Part shown: one piece after another, positions 35,538 to 43,628 of the stretch
How the letters are laid out: each line of letters opens with the position of its first letter
Position numbering within the stretch: position 1 is the stretch's first letter
Assembly (NCBI GenBank): GCA_041665145.1
Contig: JBAYJK010000002.1
Coordinates: 40,339 to 104,338, forward strand
Length of the DNA stretch: 64,000 nucleotides
Source of the DNA: Patescibacteria group bacterium
Lineage (GTDB): Bacteria > Patescibacteriota > Microgenomatia > UBA1406
Direction: 5' to 3'
The notes under the pieces: model-generated
Seen by the model: only the letters and a program-made list of their open reading frames with translations
What the model was told of the DNA's origin: nothing
Databases searched by the model: none
Made by a program: the position numbers and the translations under genes

Positions 35538-36428
35538 TTATTTAATAGTAAGGGATAGTAATGATGGGTCTGGAGGGAGCATACGGGTTGTCATAACTGC
35601 TCTTCTCGGAAAGGCACTCTCAAAAGCGTCAAGACGCATACCTTCAAAATTTTGTGGCCCTACCGGAATTATGTATGGCGACAAGCTCTCCATAGTAAAC
35701 ATAACATGACGCCCTACATCATCGAGTTCAGCAAGTTCCTTAGCAGTCGGCGAATGTTTCGCATCCCCGCGAAGCATGTGGTCACCATACAGTGTGAAAA
35801 CTCGTCCTTGGGTATAAATATACAGCACTGTATTTATCTCACCTGTTTCAATTTCGCGTGTGGTTTTATGTTCAACGATTGCTGCTTCCCCATTTGGTTC
35901 ATTGAAAACCCGTATGACTTTATCATTTTGTCGAGCCGCGCCGACAATGTTATATACAATATCGACAGCTGTGGGTGCAAAATTATCGGTTCTTGCAATC
36001 GGAAAACGGAGGTGGACAGCACGACGAAGACCACGACCAAATCCGCGGGATTCATCCACTTCACCTAACATATCGTTTGTTCTCGCAATTTCTTGCTTAA
36101 GTGTAATGACAGTCCCTATCTCAGGTTCTCCTTGTATTGTATGTGTAGACATTTGCCACTCGTGTCTCTCACGAAGTGCCAGGCCTTCTAGTAAGGTGTC
36201 GAGTTTCGATTTTCCAGGCTCAATAAAGACCGAATCAGGTAATTGTCCAGATTCACCAAGCTGAAGAAGTGCAACCATTTGCTCCAATTCTCTCGGAATT
36301 CTGTCGGATTGAAGAAGAGACGATGCAGTTTCAACTGTATGAGCCGGCGAAACCATGATACCCCGTCTTACATCGATATCTGGTAGTGTATATAACCCTT
36401 GCCTGTTATCTTGTGATTCGGTTCGCAT
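35538..36428 (-). CDS. hypothetical protein (orphan)
   Basis: 296 aa with no TM and no motif recognised. Confidence 0.5.
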   Translation of the reverse strand: MRTESQDNRQGLYTLPDIDVRRGIMVSPAHTVETASSLLQSDRIPRELEQMVALLQLGESGQLPDSVFIEPGKSKLDTLLEGLALRERHEWQMSTHTIQGEPEIGTVITLKQEIARTNDMLGEVDESRGFGRGLRRAVHLRFPIARTDNFAPTAVDIVYNIVGAARQNDKVIRVFNEPNGEAAIVEHKTTREIETGEINTVLYIYTQGRVFTLYGDHMLRGDAKHSPTAKELAELDDVGRHVMFTMESLSPYIIPVGPQNFEGMRLDAFESAFPRRAVMTTRMLPPDPSLLSLTIK

Positions 36429-36511
36429 ATAATTGACTCATAGTATAACTCCGAAAATTCGAGAATGCAATATCCTGCGCTTTGTATCAATAAATACGGT
36501 ATAATAAACCC

Positions 36512-37519
36512 ATGTTAACTGACAAAGCACGAATCACGGTTGTTGCAGGAAAAGGAGGCGACGGAAAAGTCTCTTTTTTGCATGAAAAATACCGGCCACA
36601 CGGCGGACCGGATGGTGGTAATGGCGGAAATGGTGGAGCCGTATATGTCACAGGAATCAATGACATCCGTTATCTGAAAAAATATAAAGAAAATCCCTAT
36701 ATTCATGGAAACGACGGAGTTCCCGGAGGATCGGATAAGTGCACCGGCGCAAATGGTGAAGACATAGTAATTAAAGTTCCGTTTGGAACCCGGGTCACAA
36801 ACCTCACAACTAAAGAGTTCGTGGAGATTTTTTCGGATACCGAAGAAGTACTTCTGGTAAAAGGTGGACGCGGAGGTAAAGGAAACTGGGAGTTCAGAAG
36901 TGCGATAAACCAGGTTCCCATGGAATTCGAACCGGGTAAACCGGGTGAAGAGAAAAAATACGAATTAGAACTTATGCTTATTGCCGACGTCGGGCTTATC
37001 GGAGTTCCAAATGTCGGAAAGTCCAGTTTACTGAATGCGCTTACGAAAGCAAATGCACAAGTTGCCGATTATAACTTCACAACACTCGAGCCCAATCTAG
37101 GCACGCTCAGCGTGCCTGGAAACCCGCTCAGCGGGTTCGGCACTGAAAATAAGATAGTTCTCGCAGACATTCCCGGTCTTATTGAAGGGGCATCACAGGG
37201 CCGCGGACTAGGATTCCACTTTCTGAAGCACATCGAGCGCACTCACCTCTTAGTTCACTGCGTATCATGTACGAGCGACGACCCAGTAAAAGATTACGAA
37301 ACTGTTCGCAACGAATTAGGTGCGTTTGATAAACGGCTTTTGGATATTCCTGAAATACTTTTATTTACCAAAGCAGATGAGTTAGATGATAAACAGAAGA
37401 AAGAATTTGCCAAAAAAGTTAAAAAGATCAGTAAAAAACCTGAGTTTATTTCAATAATCGATGACAAGAGTCTGGAAAAATTGAAAGACCAACTAATAAG
37501 AAACTACTCGACTGACTAA
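36512..37519 (+). CDS. obg: GTPase Obg/CgtA
   Basis: Gly-rich Obg fold (GGDGKVSF, GGPDGGNGGNGG), G1 GVPNVGKSS, DIPGLIEGA, TKAD. TATAAT at 36500-36505 lies 6 nt before the ATG. Confidence 0.95.
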   Translation: MLTDKARITVVAGKGGDGKVSFLHEKYRPHGGPDGGNGGNGGAVYVTGINDIRYLKKYKENPYIHGNDGVPGGSDKCTGANGEDIVIKVPFGTRVTNLTTKEFVEIFSDTEEVLLVKGGRGGKGNWEFRSAINQVPMEFEPGKPGEEKKYELELMLIADVGLIGVPNVGKSSLLNALTKANAQVADYNFTTLEPNLGTLSVPGNPLSGFGTENKIVLADIPGLIEGASQGRGLGFHFLKHIERTHLLVHCVSCTSDDPVKDYETVRNELGAFDKRLLDIPEILLFTKADELDDKQKKEFAKKVKKISKKPEFISIIDDKSLEKLKDQLIRNYSTD

Positions 37520-38505
37520 TTGTTTAAAAAGAATTCAACCGAATGGATTTCTGCTTGGGCATTTTTGTACACTGCCCTGAGTTTTGGCGTACACGGAATC
37601 CGTCCAATTGCAATAAGCCGTGCTTCATATGGTATTAACCCGCTTTTTTTAAGATCAGCTTCGTCAGGATACACATCTCCACTGTTTCGCAAAAGCCTGC
37701 CAAGCCTACTAGCAACCCAGTCAAATTCTGCAACAACACTTTCTACATCAGAGCTACCATGTCCTACATTCGCACCGATCGAAGCTCCAAAACGACCCCG
37801 CAAACTTTCCGGATGTGCCGCTTTGGGGTCCGTTGCCCCCAACTGTCTTCTCCACTCTTCCACTGCGCCTACCCCATCATGCAGAACGAGAAATGTTACA
37901 GGCCCGCTTGTCATATAATCTACAAAATCATCCCAGCGAGTTTGCTTCCCAGGAAATGCAAGAGACGCTTTTTCGATTAATGCTTTGTAAACATTCGGAT
38001 AAAATTCCATCAAGTCTTCGCGCGAAAGATTAAAAGATACGCGGGCAATTACTTGTAGTGGTAGTTTAATTTCTCTGTTAACAAGATAATATTCTGCAGC
38101 AACGTCAGTATTTGTGACCAACTCGCTATCATCCAAATCGCCTACTTTCGTTCTGTTCGCCCACGGCTTAATAGCGGCGATAGTTATTCTCCCACTTGCG
38201 ACTTCTTCTCGAATTGCGGGGTCTTTTAACATTCTAACCATCCGTAATAGTCGAAGTGTCTCAATGTCTCCCAACGCCACATGCTGTAAATCCGAAATGA
38301 GATGGGTTACTTCACGAGTAAGATCATTTGCGAATGGAGAAAGCTGAGGGTTTACTCTCGACGCTTGCCAATCCCAATCCAGAGAGCCGTCTCCGCTGCT
38401 CGGATATCTCTGTTCAAGACGTTTACCTAGTGTTTTTGCTTCTGAAATTACAACCATGTTTTGTTTTTTAACTACATATTTTTTATGTATTGGTTGCTGT
38501 AACAA
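37516..38505 (-). CDS. nucleoside-diphosphate-kinase-like protein with N- and C-terminal extensions
   Basis: ITIAAIKPWA..., FVDYMTSGPVTFLVL, LGATDPKAAHPESLRGRFG and NVGHGSSDVESV parallel the canonical NDK blocks (IKPD, SGPVVAMV, TNP...PGTIRGDF, NxxHGSDS). The track start is a TTG; an ATG alternative exists at 38457. Confidence 0.6.
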   Translation of the reverse strand: MLQQPIHKKYVVKKQNMVVISEAKTLGKRLEQRYPSSGDGSLDWDWQASRVNPQLSPFANDLTREVTHLISDLQHVALGDIETLRLLRMVRMLKDPAIREEVASGRITIAAIKPWANRTKVGDLDDSELVTNTDVAAEYYLVNREIKLPLQVIARVSFNLSREDLMEFYPNVYKALIEKASLAFPGKQTRWDDFVDYMTSGPVTFLVLHDGVGAVEEWRRQLGATDPKAAHPESLRGRFGASIGANVGHGSSDVESVVAEFDWVASRLGRLLRNSGDVYPDEADLKKSGLIPYEARLIAIGRIPCTPKLRAVYKNAQAEIHSVEFFLNN

Positions 38506-38629
38506 CCCGTAGTCACTTTTTTGACCTGGTGAATTATATCACAACACATACGTAAACTGAAGTAAGTGTGATCACTGAATTATAATGAATAGAAAGTCGA
38601 GTTGAAGAATGGCTTATTGAGTTGCTATA

Positions 38630-39388
38630 ATGCGACAAATTAAGCCAGACATAAATATGAGTTCAGTTGCAGAATTCCAAGTCTTTGATCAGGATGAGCA
38701 TTTGCGACTTAATATTCCCGAAGAACCGTTTAATACACAGATCTTGCTTCCCTGGGCTCGTCGTTTACCTACGCCAGGAAGGATATTAGATTTGACAGCA
38801 GGCCAAGGTATTGAAGCACATACACTACGCGGGTTAGGATACCCGACAGTTGCTGCAGATCTTTCTTTTTTCATGCTACAAAATGCATATGCGGACCGCA
38901 GAGTTCTCCATGAAGTAACAAGCCTACCGTTTGCTCCGTATTCATTTGAAGGAGCTCTAACTAAAGATGCGCTCGTATTCATAAGCCCGACCGATCGCGT
39001 TGCCATGTTCCGCGGGCTAAAACGATTAATACGGCCACATGGTTCCCTTCTCGTTAATTCCCAAATCTCGACCCACATGAAAATTTATTACCGTCCTAAA
39101 GACTCTAATCTTGCTACAAGTGAAATCGTTGCAAACACTCAACAGTTATTTCCTGCTTCGAAAACCGGGCATGGTCCGTGGATAGATCAAATAGCTCAAA
39201 TTACAAACGCCGGAGGACATATTTTTATGGTCGAGTACCCTGCAACACCTGAACTTATATTAGGCCAAGCACAGGAGTTCGGCTTTACGCCGGTAGATAT
39301 GCAACTATACAATCCACATACAATCGATACCCAATCTAATCGGTGGTCACCTTTGGGCAGATTCATTCTTGAACTTAAAAAACAATAG
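38630..39388 (+). CDS. class I SAM-dependent methyltransferase
   Basis: ILDLTAGQGIEAHTL (motif I), then AADLS and LIRPHGSLLV. The first ATG overlaps a TATAAT box (38626-38631), so the real start may be the ATG at 38657. Confidence 0.65.
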   Translation: MRQIKPDINMSSVAEFQVFDQDEHLRLNIPEEPFNTQILLPWARRLPTPGRILDLTAGQGIEAHTLRGLGYPTVAADLSFFMLQNAYADRRVLHEVTSLPFAPYSFEGALTKDALVFISPTDRVAMFRGLKRLIRPHGSLLVNSQISTHMKIYYRPKDSNLATSEIVANTQQLFPASKTGHGPWIDQIAQITNAGGHIFMVEYPATPELILGQAQEFGFTPVDMQLYNPHTIDTQSNRWSPLGRFILELKKQ

Positions 39389-39423
39389 TACGCGCAAAAC
39401 ATATTCGTACTATTTACTATAGG

Positions 39424-39452
39424 TTGACAGCAGCCGCAACCCCTGATATAAT
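39424..39452 (+). promoter_or_regulatory. perfect sigma70 consensus promoter TTGACA-N17-(TGa)TATAAT, 5 nt before the ATG at 39458
   Basis: TTGACA at 39424-39429 and TATAAT at 39447-39452, with TG at 39444-39445. Confidence 0.6.
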
Positions 39453-39457
39453 TCGGC

Positions 39458-40075
39458 ATGCCAAAAAAGGAAGGTTATTTAGAACTGATTAAGCCTGAAA
39501 ACGATCCAATTCGACGTCGAGAGGCAAAAGTTCAGTTTCGTCAAGCCGTTGAATTTTATAGAAGCCGTATCAACGACTTTCAAAATGATGCCTCCCTCGC
39601 AATGCGGGCGCTCGAAAGCCTTCGTTCTCTTCCCTTAATGACCGATACGCGGTTTGCAGACGAAGTGACGCGTGAGAATATGGCTCTACTTGACCAAATA
39701 TTTGGTGAGCACAATGCTGTAGGTTTTGTACTAAGCTCAATTAAAGGTAATCTTGCTCACCCTGTTAAAATTGATCGAGTGGTACTTGACGTAGACAAGC
39801 TTCCCACATTCCCGAGTAGAGTTAATGAGGTGCTCGATGCGGCCCAAGTTTTTGACCAAACAACTCAGACGACTATACTTAACTATATTTTCCTCAATTT
39901 AGAAAGATATATTGCACGCTTTAATAGAGTTAATACAGTAAGACCGCAAGACTCATTTTATCCTTTGTTCCGCTGGATATCCCAAAATTATCAATCGATG
40001 TGCCAAAGAATTCCTGTTCAAACAGTTAACTCAGTATTAACAGCACGATACGGAAAACTTGTCTTAAACCCGTAA
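39458..40075 (+). CDS. hypothetical protein (orphan)
   Basis: 205 aa, helical, no motif. Confidence 0.55.
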   Translation: MPKKEGYLELIKPENDPIRRREAKVQFRQAVEFYRSRINDFQNDASLAMRALESLRSLPLMTDTRFADEVTRENMALLDQIFGEHNAVGFVLSSIKGNLAHPVKIDRVVLDVDKLPTFPSRVNEVLDAAQVFDQTTQTTILNYIFLNLERYIARFNRVNTVRPQDSFYPLFRWISQNYQSMCQRIPVQTVNSVLTARYGKLVLNP

Positions 40076-40100
40076 AGAGTCGAGTACGTGAGCGGGATAC

Positions 40101-40153
40101 GGCCTGCCCGCCATCGCTACGCTCAGGCGTTAGCGGGCGGGGAATCGAACCCT
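40101..40153 (-). repeat. GC-rich palindromic element, family B, embedded in a tRNA 3'-fragment-like sequence
   Basis: Minus strand reads gggttcgattcc, then ccgcccgctaacgcctgagcgtagcgatggcgggcagg, then ccgtatcccgctca. The core aacgccNNagcgtagcgaNggcg is shared with 10141-10164. Confidence 0.6.
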
Positions 40154-40156
40154 TTG

Positions 40157-40229
40157 AGCGGCGGACGGGATTTGAACCCGCGACCTCCTGCTTGGGAAGC
40201 AGGCATTCTACCAACTGAACTACCGCCGC
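40157..40229 (-). tRNA. tRNA-Gly (anticodon CCC), CCA not encoded
   Basis: gcggcgg-ta-gttcagttggtagaat-g-cctgc-ttCCCaa-gcagg-aggtc-gcggg-ttcaaat-cccgt-ccgccgc-t. Confidence 0.9.
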
Positions 40230-40232
40230 GGT

Positions 40233-41222
40233 CTACAAAATAAACCCTATTTTTTCTTTCACTTCCCTCACCTTCTTCTCTGCGACTGCAATTGACTTTG
40301 CCGCACCCTCTTTCATCAGACGGTCAAGCGCCGGCTTGTCATTTATCAGTTCGTGGTATGTGCTTTGTATTGGCTTAACCAAGCCCCATACTGCTTCAGA
40401 CACTGCCTCTTTGAACTCGCGATATCCCATACCCTTAAACTCATTTTCTATAACCGACTCGTCTTTTCCTGTTACGCTCTTGTATATGGACAGCAAGTTA
40501 TACAGTCCTTTGCGATTCTTATCAAAAACAATCGTACGTTCTGAATCCGTAACTGCGGAACCGATTTTCTTAGCAATTTGCTCCTTGGTATCAAGCAAGA
40601 ATAACGTTGCATTCTGATTCTCGTCACTCTTACTCATTTTCTTTGTGGGGTCTTGCAAACTCATAATCCGCGCCACGTCTTTAACAATCTTAACCTGTGG
40701 CAAAATAAATGTTTCGCCGTACTTGCCGTTAAAACGAGTCGCAATATCCCGTGTTATCTCCACATGTTGTGTCTGATCCTCTCCAACAGGCACCGTGGAA
40801 ACGTCATACAACAGAATGTCTGCAGCCATAAGAACCGGATAATCGAATAATCCGACGGAAACATATTCTTTTTGCTTCTCCGATTTTTCCTTAAATTGAG
40901 TCATCCGCGACAAACTACCCATGGGTGTAAAACAATTCAAAATCCAACTTAATTCACTATGATATGGATTTTGTGATTGCACAAATATAGTGGACGATTT
41001 GGGATCCATACCTACTGACAGCAACATTGCATAACTCGCATAAATTGCTTCTTTAAACGCCTTCGGGTCCTGAGGAATGGTAATAGCATGTAAGTCTGCA
41101 ATAAAGTAATAGGAATTATATTCCTTGTGCATTTCCCTATTGGGAAGAAGTGCCCCCAAGTAGTTTCCTATATGAGGAGCTTGAGCTGTCGGTTGCATTC
41201 CTGAAAAAATAGTTTGTTTCAT
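40233..41222 (-). CDS. trpS: tryptophan--tRNA ligase
   Basis: 329 aa. PHIGNYLGAL (HIGH), KKMSKSD (KMSKS). Confidence 0.95.
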   Translation of the reverse strand: MKQTIFSGMQPTAQAPHIGNYLGALLPNREMHKEYNSYYFIADLHAITIPQDPKAFKEAIYASYAMLLSVGMDPKSSTIFVQSQNPYHSELSWILNCFTPMGSLSRMTQFKEKSEKQKEYVSVGLFDYPVLMAADILLYDVSTVPVGEDQTQHVEITRDIATRFNGKYGETFILPQVKIVKDVARIMSLQDPTKKMSKSDENQNATLFLLDTKEQIAKKIGSAVTDSERTIVFDKNRKGLYNLLSIYKSVTGKDESVIENEFKGMGYREFKEAVSEAVWGLVKPIQSTYHELINDKPALDRLMKEGAAKSIAVAEKKVREVKEKIGFIL

Positions 41223-41288
41223 GTGTAAATCATACTATAGAACAGCAATAAAATAAACTAGATAGTAATTTAAGAGTCTAGACTGTTG

Positions 41289-41297
41289 TGATATAAT
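41289..41297 (+). promoter_or_regulatory. extended -10 box TGaTATAAT, 5 nt before the ATG at 41303
   Basis: Seen directly. There is no room for a Shine-Dalgarno sequence. Confidence 0.45.
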
Positions 41298-41302
41298 AAA
41301 GT

Positions 41303-41839
41303 ATGCTTTTACTTGATAGGCCCCACACTTATGTTAGTGATTATAGAGAGCTGTTACGAATTTCTGCGAAAGATCATAGCTTGACGAGAACTCTCGGAAT
41401 GGTAGTCAGCGCACTCATAGCTGAAGGATATCAAGGAACTCTGGTTGAAAGACTTAAGCAATTTCACGAAAATGTTCCACGTCATGCGCAATACATCAGA
41501 GTCTATATTGATGATGCGCGAGCACACCCTGATTACGCTCCAGGACGTTCCGTTTTGCCTCGTGGTGTTGAAGTTGTTATGGACGAAGGGTATGTACTAC
41601 TTGCAAGCCAGGAATTAGCTCCATCAATGATAATTGAGGGAGACCCAGCCTTCGGGTTATATACCGGGATGACTCAAAATTCTCAAGACAGGATTCTTGA
41701 TATTCCTCGATCCTTTATGATTAAAACGAATGAGGGTTGGAAAATTAATTCACAAGTTGCCGCACTTTGTTTAGTAAACGGACAATATCAGGTATTACCT
41801 ATTGAGTTGATACCACCAAGCAGCCAGCGTGGTTTTTAA
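41303..41839 (+). CDS. hypothetical protein (orphan)
   Basis: 178 aa, no motif recognised. Confidence 0.5.
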   Translation: MLLLDRPHTYVSDYRELLRISAKDHSLTRTLGMVVSALIAEGYQGTLVERLKQFHENVPRHAQYIRVYIDDARAHPDYAPGRSVLPRGVEVVMDEGYVLLASQELAPSMIIEGDPAFGLYTGMTQNSQDRILDIPRSFMIKTNEGWKINSQVAALCLVNGQYQVLPIELIPPSSQRGF

Positions 41840-42456
41840 AACCCATTCCTGTTTTCCAGTGCTCTACCTAGTGTTCCGTAGTCTGCATACTCGATACTTG
41901 CCCCGATGGGTAAGCCGTATGCTAGTCGGGTGATTTTGAATGAAGTGCCCATATTTTTTTGAAGTTCTTCGAGTTTGTTTTTCATATACATTGCTGTCGT
42001 CTCCCCTTCCATATTGGGATTTGTTGCCAATATTACCTCCTTCAGCTCCTTTCCCTCCTTCTTTATCCTTTCAAGAAGCTGAGGAAACAAAATATCGTCC
42101 GGACCGAGATTATTCAGGGGATCAATCCGGCCAAATAAAACATGATACACGCCGGAAAACTTCTTAGTCTGTTCTATCCCGATGAGATCAAGCACTTCTT
42201 CCACCACACAGATTGTATGCTGATCACGATTCGGATCCGAGCATACGGCACACTGAGTTTCTTCGGTAAGATTAAAACAAACCGAACACCGTTTCGTTTT
42301 CAGTTTCAAGTCGGTAAGTGCCCCTGCAAAACGCGCAAGCCGGTCTTGTGGAACGTTCAGAAGGTAAAACGCCAACCTACTTGCTGTTTTATGACCAATA
42401 CCCGGAAGGGCTTCAAACTGATCGACTATTTCCTGTAACGGTTTCGGTAAATTCAT
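41836..42456 (-). CDS. recR: recombination protein RecR
   Basis: HhH N-terminus (LPGIGHKTASRLAF), C4 finger CSVCFNLTEETQCAVC, Toprim region. Confidence 0.9.
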   Translation of the reverse strand: MNLPKPLQEIVDQFEALPGIGHKTASRLAFYLLNVPQDRLARFAGALTDLKLKTKRCSVCFNLTEETQCAVCSDPNRDQHTICVVEEVLDLIGIEQTKKFSGVYHVLFGRIDPLNNLGPDDILFPQLLERIKKEGKELKEVILATNPNMEGETTAMYMKNKLEELQKNMGTSFKITRLAYGLPIGASIEYADYGTLGRALENRNGF

Positions 42457-42488
42457 AACTAGTATTTTACACGTTTACAAGCTGTGAA

Positions 42489-42572
42489 GTTACTTGTTTC
42501 TGCCGACTTGAAGATTCTACTACAACACGATTAATCGTGAATCTTCACGGAGTGCCAAAGAAACAATGTAAC
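42489..42572. promoter_or_regulatory. 84-nt three-tier nested palindrome between prs and recR
   Basis: Outer gttacttgtttct/agaaacaatgtaac (one bulge), middle tgaagattc/gaatcttca, apical perfect palindrome acgattaatcgt. Confidence 0.5.
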
Positions 42573-42589
42573 GAGCAGCTTAGTAACGA

Positions 42590-43519
42590 CTAAACCTTGA
42601 GTACTTCGGATATATCGATCACCTCAATCTTAGAGTACGGCTTCAGGTCTTCCACAGTTTTTTCGATCGTATTTGTGGTAAAAAAACGCGTAAGAGTCGA
42701 TACTTGAATCTTTTCGGGAATACCGGGACCAAAGTCAGGGTGCACCACCGCCGCATACACTTCTTTTGCCCCTTTAGACAATGCAAGCTCTGATGCATGG
42801 ATAATAGTACCGCCGCTTGTTGCAATATCATCGACGAAAATCACCGTTTTTCCCTGCACATCACCATACAGCTCCATAGCTTTCGAGTCATGAATATTGG
42901 CCAGATTCCGTTTCTTTTCAACGGTTACTAAATCATAACCTTTCAGATTTTTGTAGAAAGCTTCTGCAAATTTTCGCGCCCGTTCTATTCCCCCCTGGTC
43001 CGGTGACGCGATAACAACTGAAGACTCTGTGTAGGCAGTAATCCCAAGATTTTCGTAAATCCGCGATGCGAGGTATGGCAATACACTGATACTTCTAAAG
43101 GGTATAGAAAATACTCCCGCTGTTCCTTCGTCATGCAAATCAACAACAATCACCTTATTGACTTTCAGACTTTCCAATAAACGGATAACAACGTGTGCCG
43201 AGACACATTCTCCCGGAAGATGCTGAATATTTTGCCGTGCATACCCAAAATACGGGATGACACACGTGATTTCTCCTGCGCCTTCACGTTTAAGCGCATC
43301 CACAGTAAACGCAAGTTCCATAACATGCATGTCTGTCGGATTGGAAGTAGACAAGACGATAAAACAGTCTACGTCATGAACATTTTGCTCTACAGTTACC
43401 TTGACTTCGGAATTTGCAAACCTCACCACCTTATGCGACCCAATAGCAAAATTGTTGAGACCAGCAAACCGTGCCGCAAGCTCTGGAGAAGATGATCCAG
43501 AAAAAACCAGTGGTTGCAT
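42590..43519 (-). CDS. prs: ribose-phosphate diphosphokinase
   Basis: FSGSSSPELA..., VVDLHD, and the PRPP loop VDDIATSGGT. Start at the ATG at 43519 (MQPLVF). Confidence 0.9.
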   Translation of the reverse strand: MQPLVFSGSSSPELAARFAGLNNFAIGSHKVVRFANSEVKVTVEQNVHDVDCFIVLSTSNPTDMHVMELAFTVDALKREGAGEITCVIPYFGYARQNIQHLPGECVSAHVVIRLLESLKVNKVIVVDLHDEGTAGVFSIPFRSISVLPYLASRIYENLGITAYTESSVVIASPDQGGIERARKFAEAFYKNLKGYDLVTVEKKRNLANIHDSKAMELYGDVQGKTVIFVDDIATSGGTIIHASELALSKGAKEVYAAVVHPDFGPGIPEKIQVSTLTRFFTTNTIEKTVEDLKPYSKIEVIDISEVLKV

Positions 43520-43628
43520 GATTATGATTTTAGTAGAATACACAAAAGATAGCAAGATATATTGTTAAACTTGCCTCGCCATTAGGAGGGTTGCGATATT
43601 GCTAAACTGTTAAATTGTTAAACAATAC

